NCBI GenBank assembly: GCA_947427205.1
Contig: CANEHB010000001.1
Coordinates: 81,334-145,333 of the forward strand
Length of the DNA: 64,000 nt
DNA from: an uncultured Clostridium sp.
Lineage (GTDB): Bacteria > Bacillota > Clostridia > TANB77 > CAG-508
Direction of reading: 5' to 3'
Positions 1-9,581 of the stretch are shown here, in pieces. Every line of letters begins with the position of its first letter. The stretch's first letter is position 1. A model generated the notes under the pieces. The model did not search any database. It was not told where the DNA came from and was given only the letters and a program-made list of their open reading frames with translations. Position numbers and translations under genes: made by a program.

Positions 1-4
1 AAAA

Positions 5-490
5 ATGGCAATTAGAAATTTAAGATATGAAAATGATGAGATATTAAAAAAACGTTCAAGAGAAATTGAAGTAATTGATGATAAAATAAAAGAGCTTGCT
101 AAGGATATGATGGAAACTATGCATAAATGGGATGGAGTAGGGTTAGCAGGACCACAAGTTGGAGTTTTAAAAAGAATAATTGTTATTGATTTATATGAAG
201 AAGGAGCTCAATTTACTTTAATTAATCCAGTTATTTTAAAACAAAAAGGAATTCAAGAAGTTGATGAAGGGTGTTTAAGCTTTCCAAATAAATATGGAAA
301 GGTAGAAAGACCAAAAGAAGTTGTGGTAGAAGCTTTAGATATTGATGGTAAAAAAGTTAAATTAAAAGCGAAAGATTTGCTTGCGCAAGCATTATGTCAT
401 GAGATAGATCATTTAAATGGTATAGTATTTACAGAGAAAGTAAAACCAGGGACACTAGAAACAGTAGTTCCAAATGAAAATAAAAAATAG
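5..490 (+). CDS. def: peptide deformylase
   Basis: 161-aa ORF with the GLAAPQVG-like motif, EGCLS and the HEIDHL metal-binding motif; lies directly upstream of fmt. Confidence 0.9.
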   Translation: MAIRNLRYENDEILKKRSREIEVIDDKIKELAKDMMETMHKWDGVGLAGPQVGVLKRIIVIDLYEEGAQFTLINPVILKQKGIQEVDEGCLSFPNKYGKVERPKEVVVEALDIDGKKVKLKAKDLLAQALCHEIDHLNGIVFTEKVKPGTLETVVPNENKK

Positions 491-631
491 TAATGTATTT
501 TAGAAGAAATACATTACTAACATATTAATACTTATAATTATTTATTAAGGTTTATAGGTAACCTTAAAAACCTAAATATATATAAGGAGTATCGTATAAT
601 GATATATATTTATTATACGATAAAAATATAG

Positions 632-1609
632 ATGAAAATTCTTTTTATGGGAACTCCTGATTTTGCAAGAGAGTCTTTAGATAAATTATATAATGCAGGA
701 TATGAAATTTGTGGAATTGTTACAGTTCCAGATAGACCATCTGGAAGAGGTATGAAACTTATACCTTCTCCAGTAAAAGAATATGCTTTAGAGAAAAAAA
801 TTAAAATTTTTCAACCAGAAAAAATTACTAATAATACAGAATTTAAAGAAGAAATAAAAGCGTTAAAACCAGATTTAGTTTGTGTTGTTTCTTATGGAGT
901 AATTCTTCCAAAGTCTTTTTTAAAAATTCCACCATTAGGTTGTGTAAATGTGCATCCTTCAATGCTTCCAAAATATAGAGGTTCAGCACCAATACAATGG
1001 GCAATATTGAATGGTGATAAGACTACAGGTGTAACTATAATGTATTTAAATGAACAAATGGATGCAGGTGATATTATTTCTCAGCAAGAAGTTAATATTG
1101 GAGAAGATGAAACAACAGGAGAACTTTGGAATAGATTATCGACTATAGGTTCAGATTTACTTTTAGAAAGTGTAAAAGAGATTGAAAATGGAACTGTTAC
1201 AAGAACTCATCAACCAGAAGAGTTTACAATTGCACCAATGCTAGATAAAGAAATATCAAAAATAGATTGGAAAGAAAAAGAAAGTTATCAAATAAAAAAT
1301 CTAGTTAGAGGTTTAAATCCTATTATGGGAACATACTCATTTTTAAATGGGAAAAAAGTAAAATTTTGGAGAGTTCAGAATCTTTCTAAAGAGGAATTTA
1401 ATAATATATCTCAGGGAATTGAGCATTTAGAATATGAAGATTCGAGTGTAGGTACTGTAATAATGGTAAATGAAAAAAAAGGCTTATATATAAAAGCAAA
1501 AGGTGGCATAATTTCAGTACTTGAAATTCAAGGAGAAAATGCAAAAAGAATGAATATTGGAGATTTTTTAAGAGGTAATAAAATTACTCTAGGAGAAAGA
1601 TTTGATTAA
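632..1609 (+). CDS. fmt: methionyl-tRNA formyltransferase
   Basis: 325-aa ORF with the N-terminal formyltransferase fold (VVSYG..LPK, HPSLLPKYRG); def-fmt synteny. Confidence 0.9.
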   Translation: MKILFMGTPDFARESLDKLYNAGYEICGIVTVPDRPSGRGMKLIPSPVKEYALEKKIKIFQPEKITNNTEFKEEIKALKPDLVCVVSYGVILPKSFLKIPPLGCVNVHPSMLPKYRGSAPIQWAILNGDKTTGVTIMYLNEQMDAGDIISQQEVNIGEDETTGELWNRLSTIGSDLLLESVKEIENGTVTRTHQPEEFTIAPMLDKEISKIDWKEKESYQIKNLVRGLNPIMGTYSFLNGKKVKFWRVQNLSKEEFNNISQGIEHLEYEDSSVGTVIMVNEKKGLYIKAKGGIISVLEIQGENAKRMNIGDFLRGNKITLGERFD

Positions 1610-1773
1610 TATTTTAGATTTTCTTAAGAGTTTATAAAAATGCTTGTAAAAAAATTATTATATTGATATACTAATTGTGTCATAATAATAGTATATTTTT
1701 AGGTCAATTTATAAAGAAAGTGCTTATAATAATATGACTTTTAAAATTTGAACCAGAAAGGAATGATTATATT

Positions 1774-2205
1774 ATGGAAGAAAACAATGATGAAATTATA
1801 GATAATGATGATGAAATTTCAGTAGAAGGAAATGATACAATAAAAATAGCTAATGAAGCTGTTGCAACTTATGCAGGAATAGCTGTTTCAGAAGTTTCAG
1901 GTGTTTATGGAATGGCTGGAGGATTTGCAGGAATTACAGAAGCATTAAGTGGTAAGAAAAATTTAGCTAAAGGTATAAAAGTTGATGTTGGGGAAAAAAG
2001 TGCAAAAGTAGATGTAAATATAATAGTAGAATATGGAGCTAGAATACCTGATGTGGCTTTTGAAATTCAAACAAGAGTAAAGAAATCTGTTGAAAACATG
2101 ACAGGATTAAAAGTATTAGAAGTTAATGTACATGTTCAAGGTGTTCATGCAATAAGTGATAAAGAAGAAAAAGAGCAAGAAGAAAATACTTCCGAAGAAG
2201 AATAA
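1774..2205 (+). CDS. Asp23/Gls24 family alkaline shock protein
   Basis: 143 aa; the Asp23 domain pattern (IANEAVATYAGIAVSEVSGV...VEYGARIPDVAFEIQTRVKKSVENMTGLKVLEVNVHVQGV) with acidic termini. Confidence 0.8.
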   Translation: MEENNDEIIDNDDEISVEGNDTIKIANEAVATYAGIAVSEVSGVYGMAGGFAGITEALSGKKNLAKGIKVDVGEKSAKVDVNIIVEYGARIPDVAFEIQTRVKKSVENMTGLKVLEVNVHVQGVHAISDKEEKEQEENTSEEE

Positions 2206-2227
2206 ATAGTAATAGTTAAACTATAAA

Positions 2228-2878
2228 TTGGAGGAAAATATGAAATTTTTAGATAAATTAGTTTTAAAAATATTTTCAATAATAATTTTAGCAGTAACAA
2301 TAGCTATAATTTTGATTATGACAGGAATAGTATCTCCTGAAGAGATAGTAAAACCAGTAGTTAGTGTATTAGATGGAGAAAATAGTTTAAAAATAATAAT
2401 AGGAGTTTTAGCAGTATTAATGTTGCTTGCTATAAAAGGATTATTTTTTACTAGTAAACCTGAAAGCAATGGAAAAGAAGGTATAGTTTTAGAAAATACA
2501 AGTGGTAAGTTAGTAATTTCAAAAGAAAGCTTAGAAAATTTAATTGCTAGTGTTACAAAAGAAGTTCCAGGAGCTGATACAGTTGCTAGTAGAACAATTT
2601 TAGATAGAAATAAAAACTTAATTGTGTATGTAACAGCAATTGTTAGTAAGGATGTAATGTTAAAAGATGTTTCTAATGAGTTACAAAGAAAAATAAAAGA
2701 TGCGATGAAAAGAACTGCAGATTTAGAAGTAAAAGAAGTTAATATAAAAATAAAAAATATAACTTCAAAAAAGGTAAAAGGATTACCATCTCCAGTAGAA
2801 TCCGAAGAGAAAAAAGAAAAAGAAGAAGTTAAAAAAGAAGATAATAAAGTAGAAGAAAATAAATCAGGAGAGGAATAG
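2228..2878 (+). CDS. alkaline shock response membrane anchor protein (AmaP-like)
   Basis: N-terminal TM segments and a charged C-terminus, immediately downstream of the Asp23 gene; this gene order is typical of Firmicutes. The start may be at 2240. Confidence 0.6.
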   Translation: MEENMKFLDKLVLKIFSIIILAVTIAIILIMTGIVSPEEIVKPVVSVLDGENSLKIIIGVLAVLMLLAIKGLFFTSKPESNGKEGIVLENTSGKLVISKESLENLIASVTKEVPGADTVASRTILDRNKNLIVYVTAIVSKDVMLKDVSNELQRKIKDAMKRTADLEVKEVNIKIKNITSKKVKGLPSPVESEEKKEKEEVKKEDNKVEENKSGEE

Positions 2879-2885
2879 TTTGAAT

Positions 2886-3122
2886 ATGAATGATAATAAT
2901 GAAAATAACGAAAATAATAACAATGATTTAAATTCATTTATTGCCAATTATGGAGGAGCAACACTTGGTGGAATTATAGCATTAATATTATGTTTTACTC
3001 AAATTTATAGGCTATTAGTAGGAGTGGTTATAATATTAGCTGGTATGTTTTTAGGAAATTATGTGCAAAAAAATAAATCAAATGTAAAAGAAAAATTAAA
3101 AGAGTTTATAGATAAGTTTTAG
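2886..3122 (+). CDS. small membrane protein, DUF2273-like, third gene of the Asp23 operon
   Basis: 78-80 aa with one hydrophobic hairpin (GGIIALILCF...VGVVIILAGMFLG); its position after Asp23/AmaP. Confidence 0.5.
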   Translation: MNDNNENNENNNNDLNSFIANYGGATLGGIIALILCFTQIYRLLVGVVIILAGMFLGNYVQKNKSNVKEKLKEFIDKF

Positions 3123-3134
3123 GAGGAGACAAGG

Positions 3135-3563
3135 GTGCAAAGGTCGGCAATGAGAGAATTAGCTTTTAAGCTAATTTATGAAATAGAAATACAAAAAGAA
3201 AGTGAAGAAGAACAATTTGATATATTTATAGAAAATAATGAAATATCAAATAATCAAGTTATAGAGTATTTAAAAGATATAAAAGATGGAATAAGTAAAA
3301 ATTCAGAAGAAATTAATAGACTAATAACTAATAATCTAAAGGAAAACTGGAGTTTAAATAGAATTTCAAAAATCAATTTAAGTTTAATAAAACTTGCTAT
3401 TTATGAAATGATTTATAAATCTTTGCCATATAAAGTTGCTATAAACGAAGTTGTAGAACTTGCAAAAAAATATGCTGATGAATCAGCACCAGTTTTTATT
3501 AATGGGATTTTAGCAAGTGTTGTAAAAGAAAAAAATCTAAATGGAGAAAAAAATGAAGCTTAA
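3135..3563 (+). CDS. nusB: transcription antitermination factor NusB
   Basis: 142 aa, GTG start, NusB-like sequence (MRELAFKLIYEIE...AINEVVELAKKY); nusB-xseA synteny. Confidence 0.85.
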   Translation: MQRSAMRELAFKLIYEIEIQKESEEEQFDIFIENNEISNNQVIEYLKDIKDGISKNSEEINRLITNNLKENWSLNRISKINLSLIKLAIYEMIYKSLPYKVAINEVVELAKKYADESAPVFINGILASVVKEKNLNGEKNEA

Positions 3564-4744
3564 TCCAATTTCTGTAACAGAATTAAATAAGTATGTTAAA
3601 GATAGAGTAGCTGAAGACGAATTTTTAAACAGTGTATTAGTTAAGGGGGAAATTTCTAATTTTAAACATCATTATACAGGCCATATGTATTTTACTTTAA
3701 AAGATGAAAGCTCTCTTATAAAATGCGTAATGTTCAAATCGTCAACAGTTACTTTAAATTTTATTCCAAAAGATGGGATGAAGGTTTTAGTTTTTGGATC
3801 TGTAGCGGTATATGAAAGAGATGGAATTTATCAGATTTATTGCAAGGCAATGCAAGAAGATGGTATGGGAAGTTTATATAAAGCTTATGAAGAATTGAAA
3901 AATAAATTATCAGAAGAAGGTTTATTTGATGATGCACATAAAAAGCCTATTCCATTTATGCCAAAGATAATAGGTGTTTTGACTTCAAATACTGGAGCAG
4001 TAATTAGAGATATAATAAATGTATCAACAAGAAGAAATCCAAATGTTTATATAAGACTTATGCCAGTACCTGTTCAAGGAGAAGGAGCAGGCGTAAAGAT
4101 TGCAAAAGCAATTAAATTAATGAATGATAAGAAATTAGCAGATTGTTTAATAGTTGCAAGAGGTGGGGGTTCAATAGAAGATTTATGGCCTTTTAATGAA
4201 GAAATAGTTGCTAGAGCAATATTTGAATCTGAAATTCCTGTAATTTCAGCAGTAGGACATGAAACTGATTTTACAATAGCAGATTTTGTAGCAGATCTAA
4301 GAGCACCTACACCGTCTGCAGCAGCAGAGCTTGCAGTGACTGATGTTTCTGAATTGGAATATAGTATAAATTTATTTCGGAAGAAGACTTAAAATGGCAT
4401 TAAGACAAAAAACAGAATTTATGAGATTAAGATTTGAGAAATGCTTAAATTCAAATGTTTATAGAGAGCCACTGCAAAAAGTAAATGATTATTATATGCA
4501 AATTGATAAATATATAAAGTCTATGGAAAATAGTAGTATAAAAAAATTAAAAGATTCTAAATTAGAAGCTACTAAACTTATTACTAAATTAGATACTCTA
4601 AGTCCACTTAAAACATTAACTAGAGGATATTCTGTAGTATCATATGAAAATGGTGATGTAGTAACTAAGGCAAAAGATTTGAAGAAAGATATGGAAATTA
4701 ATGTTAGATTTCAAGATGGTACAGCTAAAGCAAAAGTTATTTGA
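3541..4744 (+). pseudogene. xseA: exodeoxyribonuclease VII large subunit, reading frame interrupted at an in-frame CGG (4378-4380); the C-terminal part continues in the +1 frame
   Basis: The 283-aa ORF 3541..4392 has the XseA OB-fold and catalytic region. The 116-aa ORF 4394..4744 matches the XseA C-terminal coiled-coil/tail. The frames join if the ribosome, or an editor, skips C4378 (ttt CGG aag -> ttt GGA aga aga ctt aaa atg...). Confidence 0.8.
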
Positions 4745-4857
4745 TATTATATTTTGTTTTTATATATTACATTTATAAAAATTATTAAATATGATATAAA
4801 AATAAGTTATATATGTTAAAATAATCTTTATATATTAGATAAAAAGGAGAATGAGTT

Positions 4858-5364
4858 ATGAATAAAACTATAAAAATAATTTTAAGTATTATATGTGTTA
4901 TTGCATTGTTTATAGGTGTAGTTTTTGCTACTTTTAAATTAACTGCAAAAGATATTGAAGTTAATAACCAACCTGAAGAAAATAAAATTGTAAATGAAAC
5001 AATAATAGATGAAGAAAATGCAGTAAATGAAAATAATGTAGAACCAGAAAATGTAATAGATGAAGATAATACAGTACAAAATACAACAGTAGTTCCTGAA
5101 AATAAGACTAATCCAAAACCTACTGATGTAGTTCCTTCAAGTGCTGTTTATGAAAATTCTGATGTAGGTACAACAGATAAAAAAGAACAAGCAATAAATC
5201 TAGTAAAAGCGCAATGGGGAGAAGATAGTACAGTAACATTTAGATGTGATTCAGTGACATCAAGTGGAGAATATATAATAGCTGTAGTTTCTTCTGAAAC
5301 AGCTTCAGTTAAAAATTATTTTATAGTTAATTTAGATAAGAAGACTGTTATGGTAGATTACTAG
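4858..5364 (+). CDS. hypothetical membrane-anchored protein inserted between xseA and xseB
   Basis: 168 aa with a good RBS (AAAGGAG), an N-terminal TM segment, and an E/N/V-rich low-complexity region followed by a C-terminal globular part. Confidence 0.55.
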   Translation: MNKTIKIILSIICVIALFIGVVFATFKLTAKDIEVNNQPEENKIVNETIIDEENAVNENNVEPENVIDEDNTVQNTTVVPENKTNPKPTDVVPSSAVYENSDVGTTDKKEQAINLVKAQWGEDSTVTFRCDSVTSSGEYIIAVVSSETASVKNYFIVNLDKKTVMVDY

Positions 5365-5489
5365 AAGAGCTAATTTAAAGTAAAAGTTATTATTTTATAT
5401 TATAAGAAATTTCAATGAAATTCTTATAATAGGGATTTGTCAAACTTTTTAGTACTTCGTAGCCAAATGAGAAAGGAAATAAATTTATT

Positions 5490-5723
5490 ATGAGTGGAAA
5501 AAAAGAATTAAATTTTGAAGAATTAATGGTTAAATTAGAAGATATAACAAATAAACTAGAAAAGGAACAATTATCTTTAGATGAGTCTGTAAAATTATTT
5601 GAAGAAGGTATGCAAATTTCTAAAGAATGTAATAATAAATTAGAAGATGCAGAAAAGAGAATAACTATACTTATAAACGAAAACGATGAAATAAAGGAGG
5701 AAAACTTCAATCCTGAAGATTAA
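5490..5723 (+). CDS. xseB: exodeoxyribonuclease VII small subunit
   Basis: 77 aa, helical, with the XseB signature (LEDITNKLEKEQLSLDESVKLFEEGMQISKECNNKLEDAEKRI). Confidence 0.85.
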   Translation: MSGKKELNFEELMVKLEDITNKLEKEQLSLDESVKLFEEGMQISKECNNKLEDAEKRITILINENDEIKEENFNPED

Positions 5724-5728
5724 TTACT

Positions 5729-6169
5729 ATGGAAATATTTAATCAAATAATAAATAATAAATGCATTATTGTACCACTTTTATTATGGTTTTTTATTCAA
5801 ACTTTTAAAGTAATTACAGATTTAATTAGAAATAAAAGATTAAATGTAAAAAGAATTTTAGGAGCAGGTGGAATGCCAAGTTCACATTCGGCAATTGTAT
5901 GTTCTGTTGCAACATGTGTTGGTAGAGAATATGGTTTTGATTCTGGAATTTTTGGAATTGCTTTAATAATGGCATTTGTAGTTATGTATGATGCAGCAGG
6001 AATTAGAAGAGCTGCTGGAAAACAAGCAAGAATATTAAATAAAATTTTAGATACACCTGGATTAACTACAGGAGAAGTTCAAGAAAGATTAATAGAAGCT
6101 TTAGGACATACACCAATACAAGTATTTGTTGGTGCTATACTTGGTATAGTAGTAGGATTTATAGTGTAA
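5729..6169 (+). CDS. divergent PAP2-family membrane protein (DUF212, acid phosphatase/vanadium haloperoxidase-related)
   Basis: 146 aa with the motifs GGMPSSHSA and YDAAGIRR..G typical of DUF212. Confidence 0.7.
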   Translation: MEIFNQIINNKCIIVPLLLWFFIQTFKVITDLIRNKRLNVKRILGAGGMPSSHSAIVCSVATCVGREYGFDSGIFGIALIMAFVVMYDAAGIRRAAGKQARILNKILDTPGLTTGEVQERLIEALGHTPIQVFVGAILGIVVGFIV

Positions 6170-6185
6170 GGAAATTAAAAATTAA

Positions 6186-7688
6186 ATGAAAGATAATATA
6201 TTAGAAAAAATTAAAAAGTTTCAAGGTAATATTAAATACAATAAATTCTTTACATTTTTATTTTTTATAATATATTTAGGATTAATAATAATAGTTTCAA
6301 GTTATCATGAGGCTTGGGAGGATGAGTCACAAGCTTGGTTAATTGCAAGAGACTTGAATTTTTTAGATATTATAAAACAAATGAGATTTGAAGGACATTC
6401 ATTTTTTTGGTATTACATATTAGCGATTTTTGTAAAAACAGGAATTTCCTATGAATTTTCAAAAATAATAATGATAATTATTGCTATGCTTACTGGAATT
6501 TTTATTTTAAAGAAAGCACCATATAATAATTTAGTAAAAATACTAATACTATTTAACTCAGTATTTTTATATTATTTGCCAGTATTTTTAAGACCATATG
6601 CTATTAGTGCTTTAATGTTAATAATAATTTCTATTATGAACGAACACCCAGAAAAATATCCTGTTTTATATGGCATTGTAATAGCTGTTTTATCAAATAC
6701 ACATATAATTGTACTTGGAATTTCCTTTTTCATATATTTATTCTTTTTTAAAGAACAGTTTTTAGATAAATATAATGAAAATACTAAAAATCAAAATATA
6801 AAATTAATATTAGGAGCAATAATTGCTTTATCTGGTATGCTTATAGTAATGATGTGCGCAGTAGCTGGATATATTTTTTCAATAGCTGCAACACATGGAA
6901 GTGATGTTCCAGAAATATTGCTATTAAGATTTATTAATTATTTTAAAGAATTATTTTATATTATAATTGGAATAAAATTACCTGATTTTGTAATTTTTAT
7001 TGGTTATTTAATTATAGTAGTATCAATAATTGTACAATCAATAAAAGTAAGTAGAAAACAGGGAATAATATTTTTATTTAGTCTTATATTTTATTTATTT
7101 ATTCAAATTTTTATATTTGGAATTTTTACAAATCAAAGATCGATTTTACCATTTATATTTTTATTATATTTTTCGTGGAATATAAAAAGAGATTGTATAA
7201 ATACAAAAAAGATTGAAATATTAGAGATAGTTATTTTTACTATTTGTGTTTTGTCTATTCCAAATACTGTAAAAGTAATTTCAGATGAGATAAAATATCC
7301 TTATAATGATTCTAAAAATATTGCTAAATATATTGAGGAAAATATAGAAGAAGGAAGTGTATTTTTAACAATAAATTGGGATTCAATATCATCAGTAGAA
7401 GTATATCTTTCAGGAAAAGATTATAGATTTTATGATGCAACTAATAATACTTATATGACATATGCAATTTGGAATAAATTTTTGGATAAAGAAAAGGATT
7501 CATATATAGAAGATGCTATTAAAAATTTTGAAAATGAAAAAATATATATTATAAATTTAATATCTAATGATTCTGATATTATGGATTTAAACTCTTTTAG
7601 AAAATCTAAAGAAGAATTAGAATTGCTATATTCTACTAATGAAAAATGCTTGGCAAGAAAAGCATATTTATATAAAATTAAAAAATAG
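6186..7688 (+). CDS. polytopic membrane protein, putative GT-C-type (ArnT/PMT-like) glycosyltransferase
   Basis: 500 aa with about 11-12 TM segments; an acidic first loop (EDESQAW..ARD) is reminiscent of GT-C transferases; C-terminal soluble domain. Confidence 0.4.
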   Translation: MKDNILEKIKKFQGNIKYNKFFTFLFFIIYLGLIIIVSSYHEAWEDESQAWLIARDLNFLDIIKQMRFEGHSFFWYYILAIFVKTGISYEFSKIIMIIIAMLTGIFILKKAPYNNLVKILILFNSVFLYYLPVFLRPYAISALMLIIISIMNEHPEKYPVLYGIVIAVLSNTHIIVLGISFFIYLFFFKEQFLDKYNENTKNQNIKLILGAIIALSGMLIVMMCAVAGYIFSIAATHGSDVPEILLLRFINYFKELFYIIIGIKLPDFVIFIGYLIIVVSIIVQSIKVSRKQGIIFLFSLIFYLFIQIFIFGIFTNQRSILPFIFLLYFSWNIKRDCINTKKIEILEIVIFTICVLSIPNTVKVISDEIKYPYNDSKNIAKYIEENIEEGSVFLTINWDSISSVEVYLSGKDYRFYDATNNTYMTYAIWNKFLDKEKDSYIEDAIKNFENEKIYIINLISNDSDIMDLNSFRKSKEELELLYSTNEKCLARKAYLYKIKK

Positions 7689-7701
7689 GGGGGATTATAC
7701 T

Positions 7702-9366
7702 ATGACTGATATTGAGATTGCAAGAAGTGTAGAATTAAAAAAGATAACTGAAATAGCAGAGAAATTTGAGATTACAGAAGATGATATTGAATTATATGGA
7801 AAATATAAAGCTAAAATATCAAATAAATTTATTGATAAAGTAAGTGACAGAAAAGATGGAAAGCTTATTTTAGTAACAGCAATAAATCCTACACCACTTG
7901 GTGAAGGAAAAACTACAATTGCAATTGGACTTTCAGATGCATTAAATAGAATAGGGAAAAAATCAGTTTTAGCATTAAGAGAACCATCATTAGGACCTGT
8001 ATTTGGTGTAAAAGGAGGAGCTACTGGTGGAGGACATGCTCAAGTTGCTCCTATGGAAGATATAAATTTACATTTTACTGGTGATATACATGCTATAACC
8101 TCTGCTAATAATTTGTTATCAGCAATTATTGATAATCATATTTATTATGGAAATGAATTGAAATTCAAAAAAGTAATTTGGAAAAGATGTGTAGACTTAA
8201 ATGATAGAGCTTTACGAGAAATTGAAATTGGACTTTCAAAAGAAAAGAATATGATACCAAGAGAAGATGGATTTGATATATCAGTTGCGTCTGAAATTAT
8301 GGCAATATTTTGTTTATCTAAAGACTTAGAAGACTTGGAAAGAAGAATTGGAAATATTATTGTAGGATATAATGAAGATAATAAACCAATTTTTGCAAAA
8401 GATTTAAAAGCAGAAGGAGCTTTAACAGTTTTATTAAAAGATGCATTAAATCCTAATATAGTACAAACTCTAGAACATAATTTAGCTATAATTCATGGAG
8501 GACCATTTGCTAATATTGCACATGGATGTAATAGCGTAATCGCTACGAAACTTGCTTTAAAATTAGGAGATTATGTTATAACAGAAGCAGGATTTGGTGC
8601 TGATTTAGGAGCAGAAAAATTTGTTAATATTAAATGTAGAAAATCAGGATTAAATCCGTCAGCAGCAGTGTGTGTGGCAACTTTAAAAGCTTTAAAATAT
8701 CATGGTGGAGTAAAACAAGATGATTGCTCAAAGGAAAATATAGAAGCATTAAATATAGGAATTGAAAATTTGAAAAGACATATTGATAATATAAAAAACA
8801 AATATGGATTAAATCCTATTGTTGCAATAAATAGATATCAAAATGATACAGAAACAGAAATAGAATTTTTACAAAAGAAATTAGAAGAAATAGGAGTACC
8901 TTTAAGTTTAGCAGAAGTATGGAGTAAAGGTGGAGAAGGTGCAATAGATTTAGCAGAAAAAATAGTTAAAATATCAGAAGAAGAAAATAAAATTAATTTT
9001 ATTTATAAAGATAATGAAAAAATAAAAGAAAAAATAGAAAAAATAGCAAAAGAAGTATATGGCGCATCTGATGTTAAATATTCAGAAGAAGCAGAAAGTC
9101 AAATAGAACAAATTGAAAAATTAGGATATGGAAATTACCCAATATGTATTGCAAAAACACAATATTCTTTTTCAGATAATGCTAAAAATTTATTATGCGA
9201 AGAACCATTTAAAATACATATAAAAGAAGTGATTGTTAAAAATGGTGCAGAATTTGTAGTTATTAAAACTGGTAAAATATTTACTATGCCAGGATTACCA
9301 AGAAAACCAGCAGCAGAGGATATTAGAATTAATAAAGAAAATGGCGAAATAGTTGGAATTTTTTAA
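7702..9366 (+). CDS. fhs: formate--tetrahydrofolate ligase
   Basis: Full-length FTHFS (MTDIEIARSVELKKI..., PTPLGEGKTT P-loop, FDISVASEIMA); RBS GGGGGG before the ATG at 7702. Confidence 0.95.
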   Translation: MTDIEIARSVELKKITEIAEKFEITEDDIELYGKYKAKISNKFIDKVSDRKDGKLILVTAINPTPLGEGKTTIAIGLSDALNRIGKKSVLALREPSLGPVFGVKGGATGGGHAQVAPMEDINLHFTGDIHAITSANNLLSAIIDNHIYYGNELKFKKVIWKRCVDLNDRALREIEIGLSKEKNMIPREDGFDISVASEIMAIFCLSKDLEDLERRIGNIIVGYNEDNKPIFAKDLKAEGALTVLLKDALNPNIVQTLEHNLAIIHGGPFANIAHGCNSVIATKLALKLGDYVITEAGFGADLGAEKFVNIKCRKSGLNPSAAVCVATLKALKYHGGVKQDDCSKENIEALNIGIENLKRHIDNIKNKYGLNPIVAINRYQNDTETEIEFLQKKLEEIGVPLSLAEVWSKGGEGAIDLAEKIVKISEEENKINFIYKDNEKIKEKIEKIAKEVYGASDVKYSEEAESQIEQIEKLGYGNYPICIAKTQYSFSDNAKNLLCEEPFKIHIKEVIVKNGAEFVVIKTGKIFTMPGLPRKPAAEDIRINKENGEIVGIF

Positions 9367-9419
9367 AATAGTGCAAAATTTTTTTCAATTTTATATGAAT
9401 AGAGAAATTATTTTTAAAG

Positions 9420-9454
9420 CGAATGATATAATTTATCATTCGTTTGCTTTGTTT
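9420..9454 (+). terminator. rho-independent terminator downstream of fhs
   Basis: cgaatgata/tatcattcg stem (9 bp) followed by a T-rich tract. Confidence 0.6.
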
Positions 9455-9581
9455 AAGAGTAAAATATTTTGCATTTTTTATTAAATAAAAGCTGTGCTAA
9501 TATTGTGTACAAATTTTATTCTTGTTATATATAAAAATTCCTAAACGTATAGTTTAGGAATTTGATAAATTTATATGTAGT

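Noticed and set aside
2221-2937. 238-aa minus-strand ORF
   Set aside because: Antisense to the AmaP-like gene; low-complexity S/F-rich translation typical of reverse-frame AT-rich DNA; no RBS
5390-5710. 106-aa minus-strand ORF
   Set aside because: Antisense to xseB and its upstream region; no RBS
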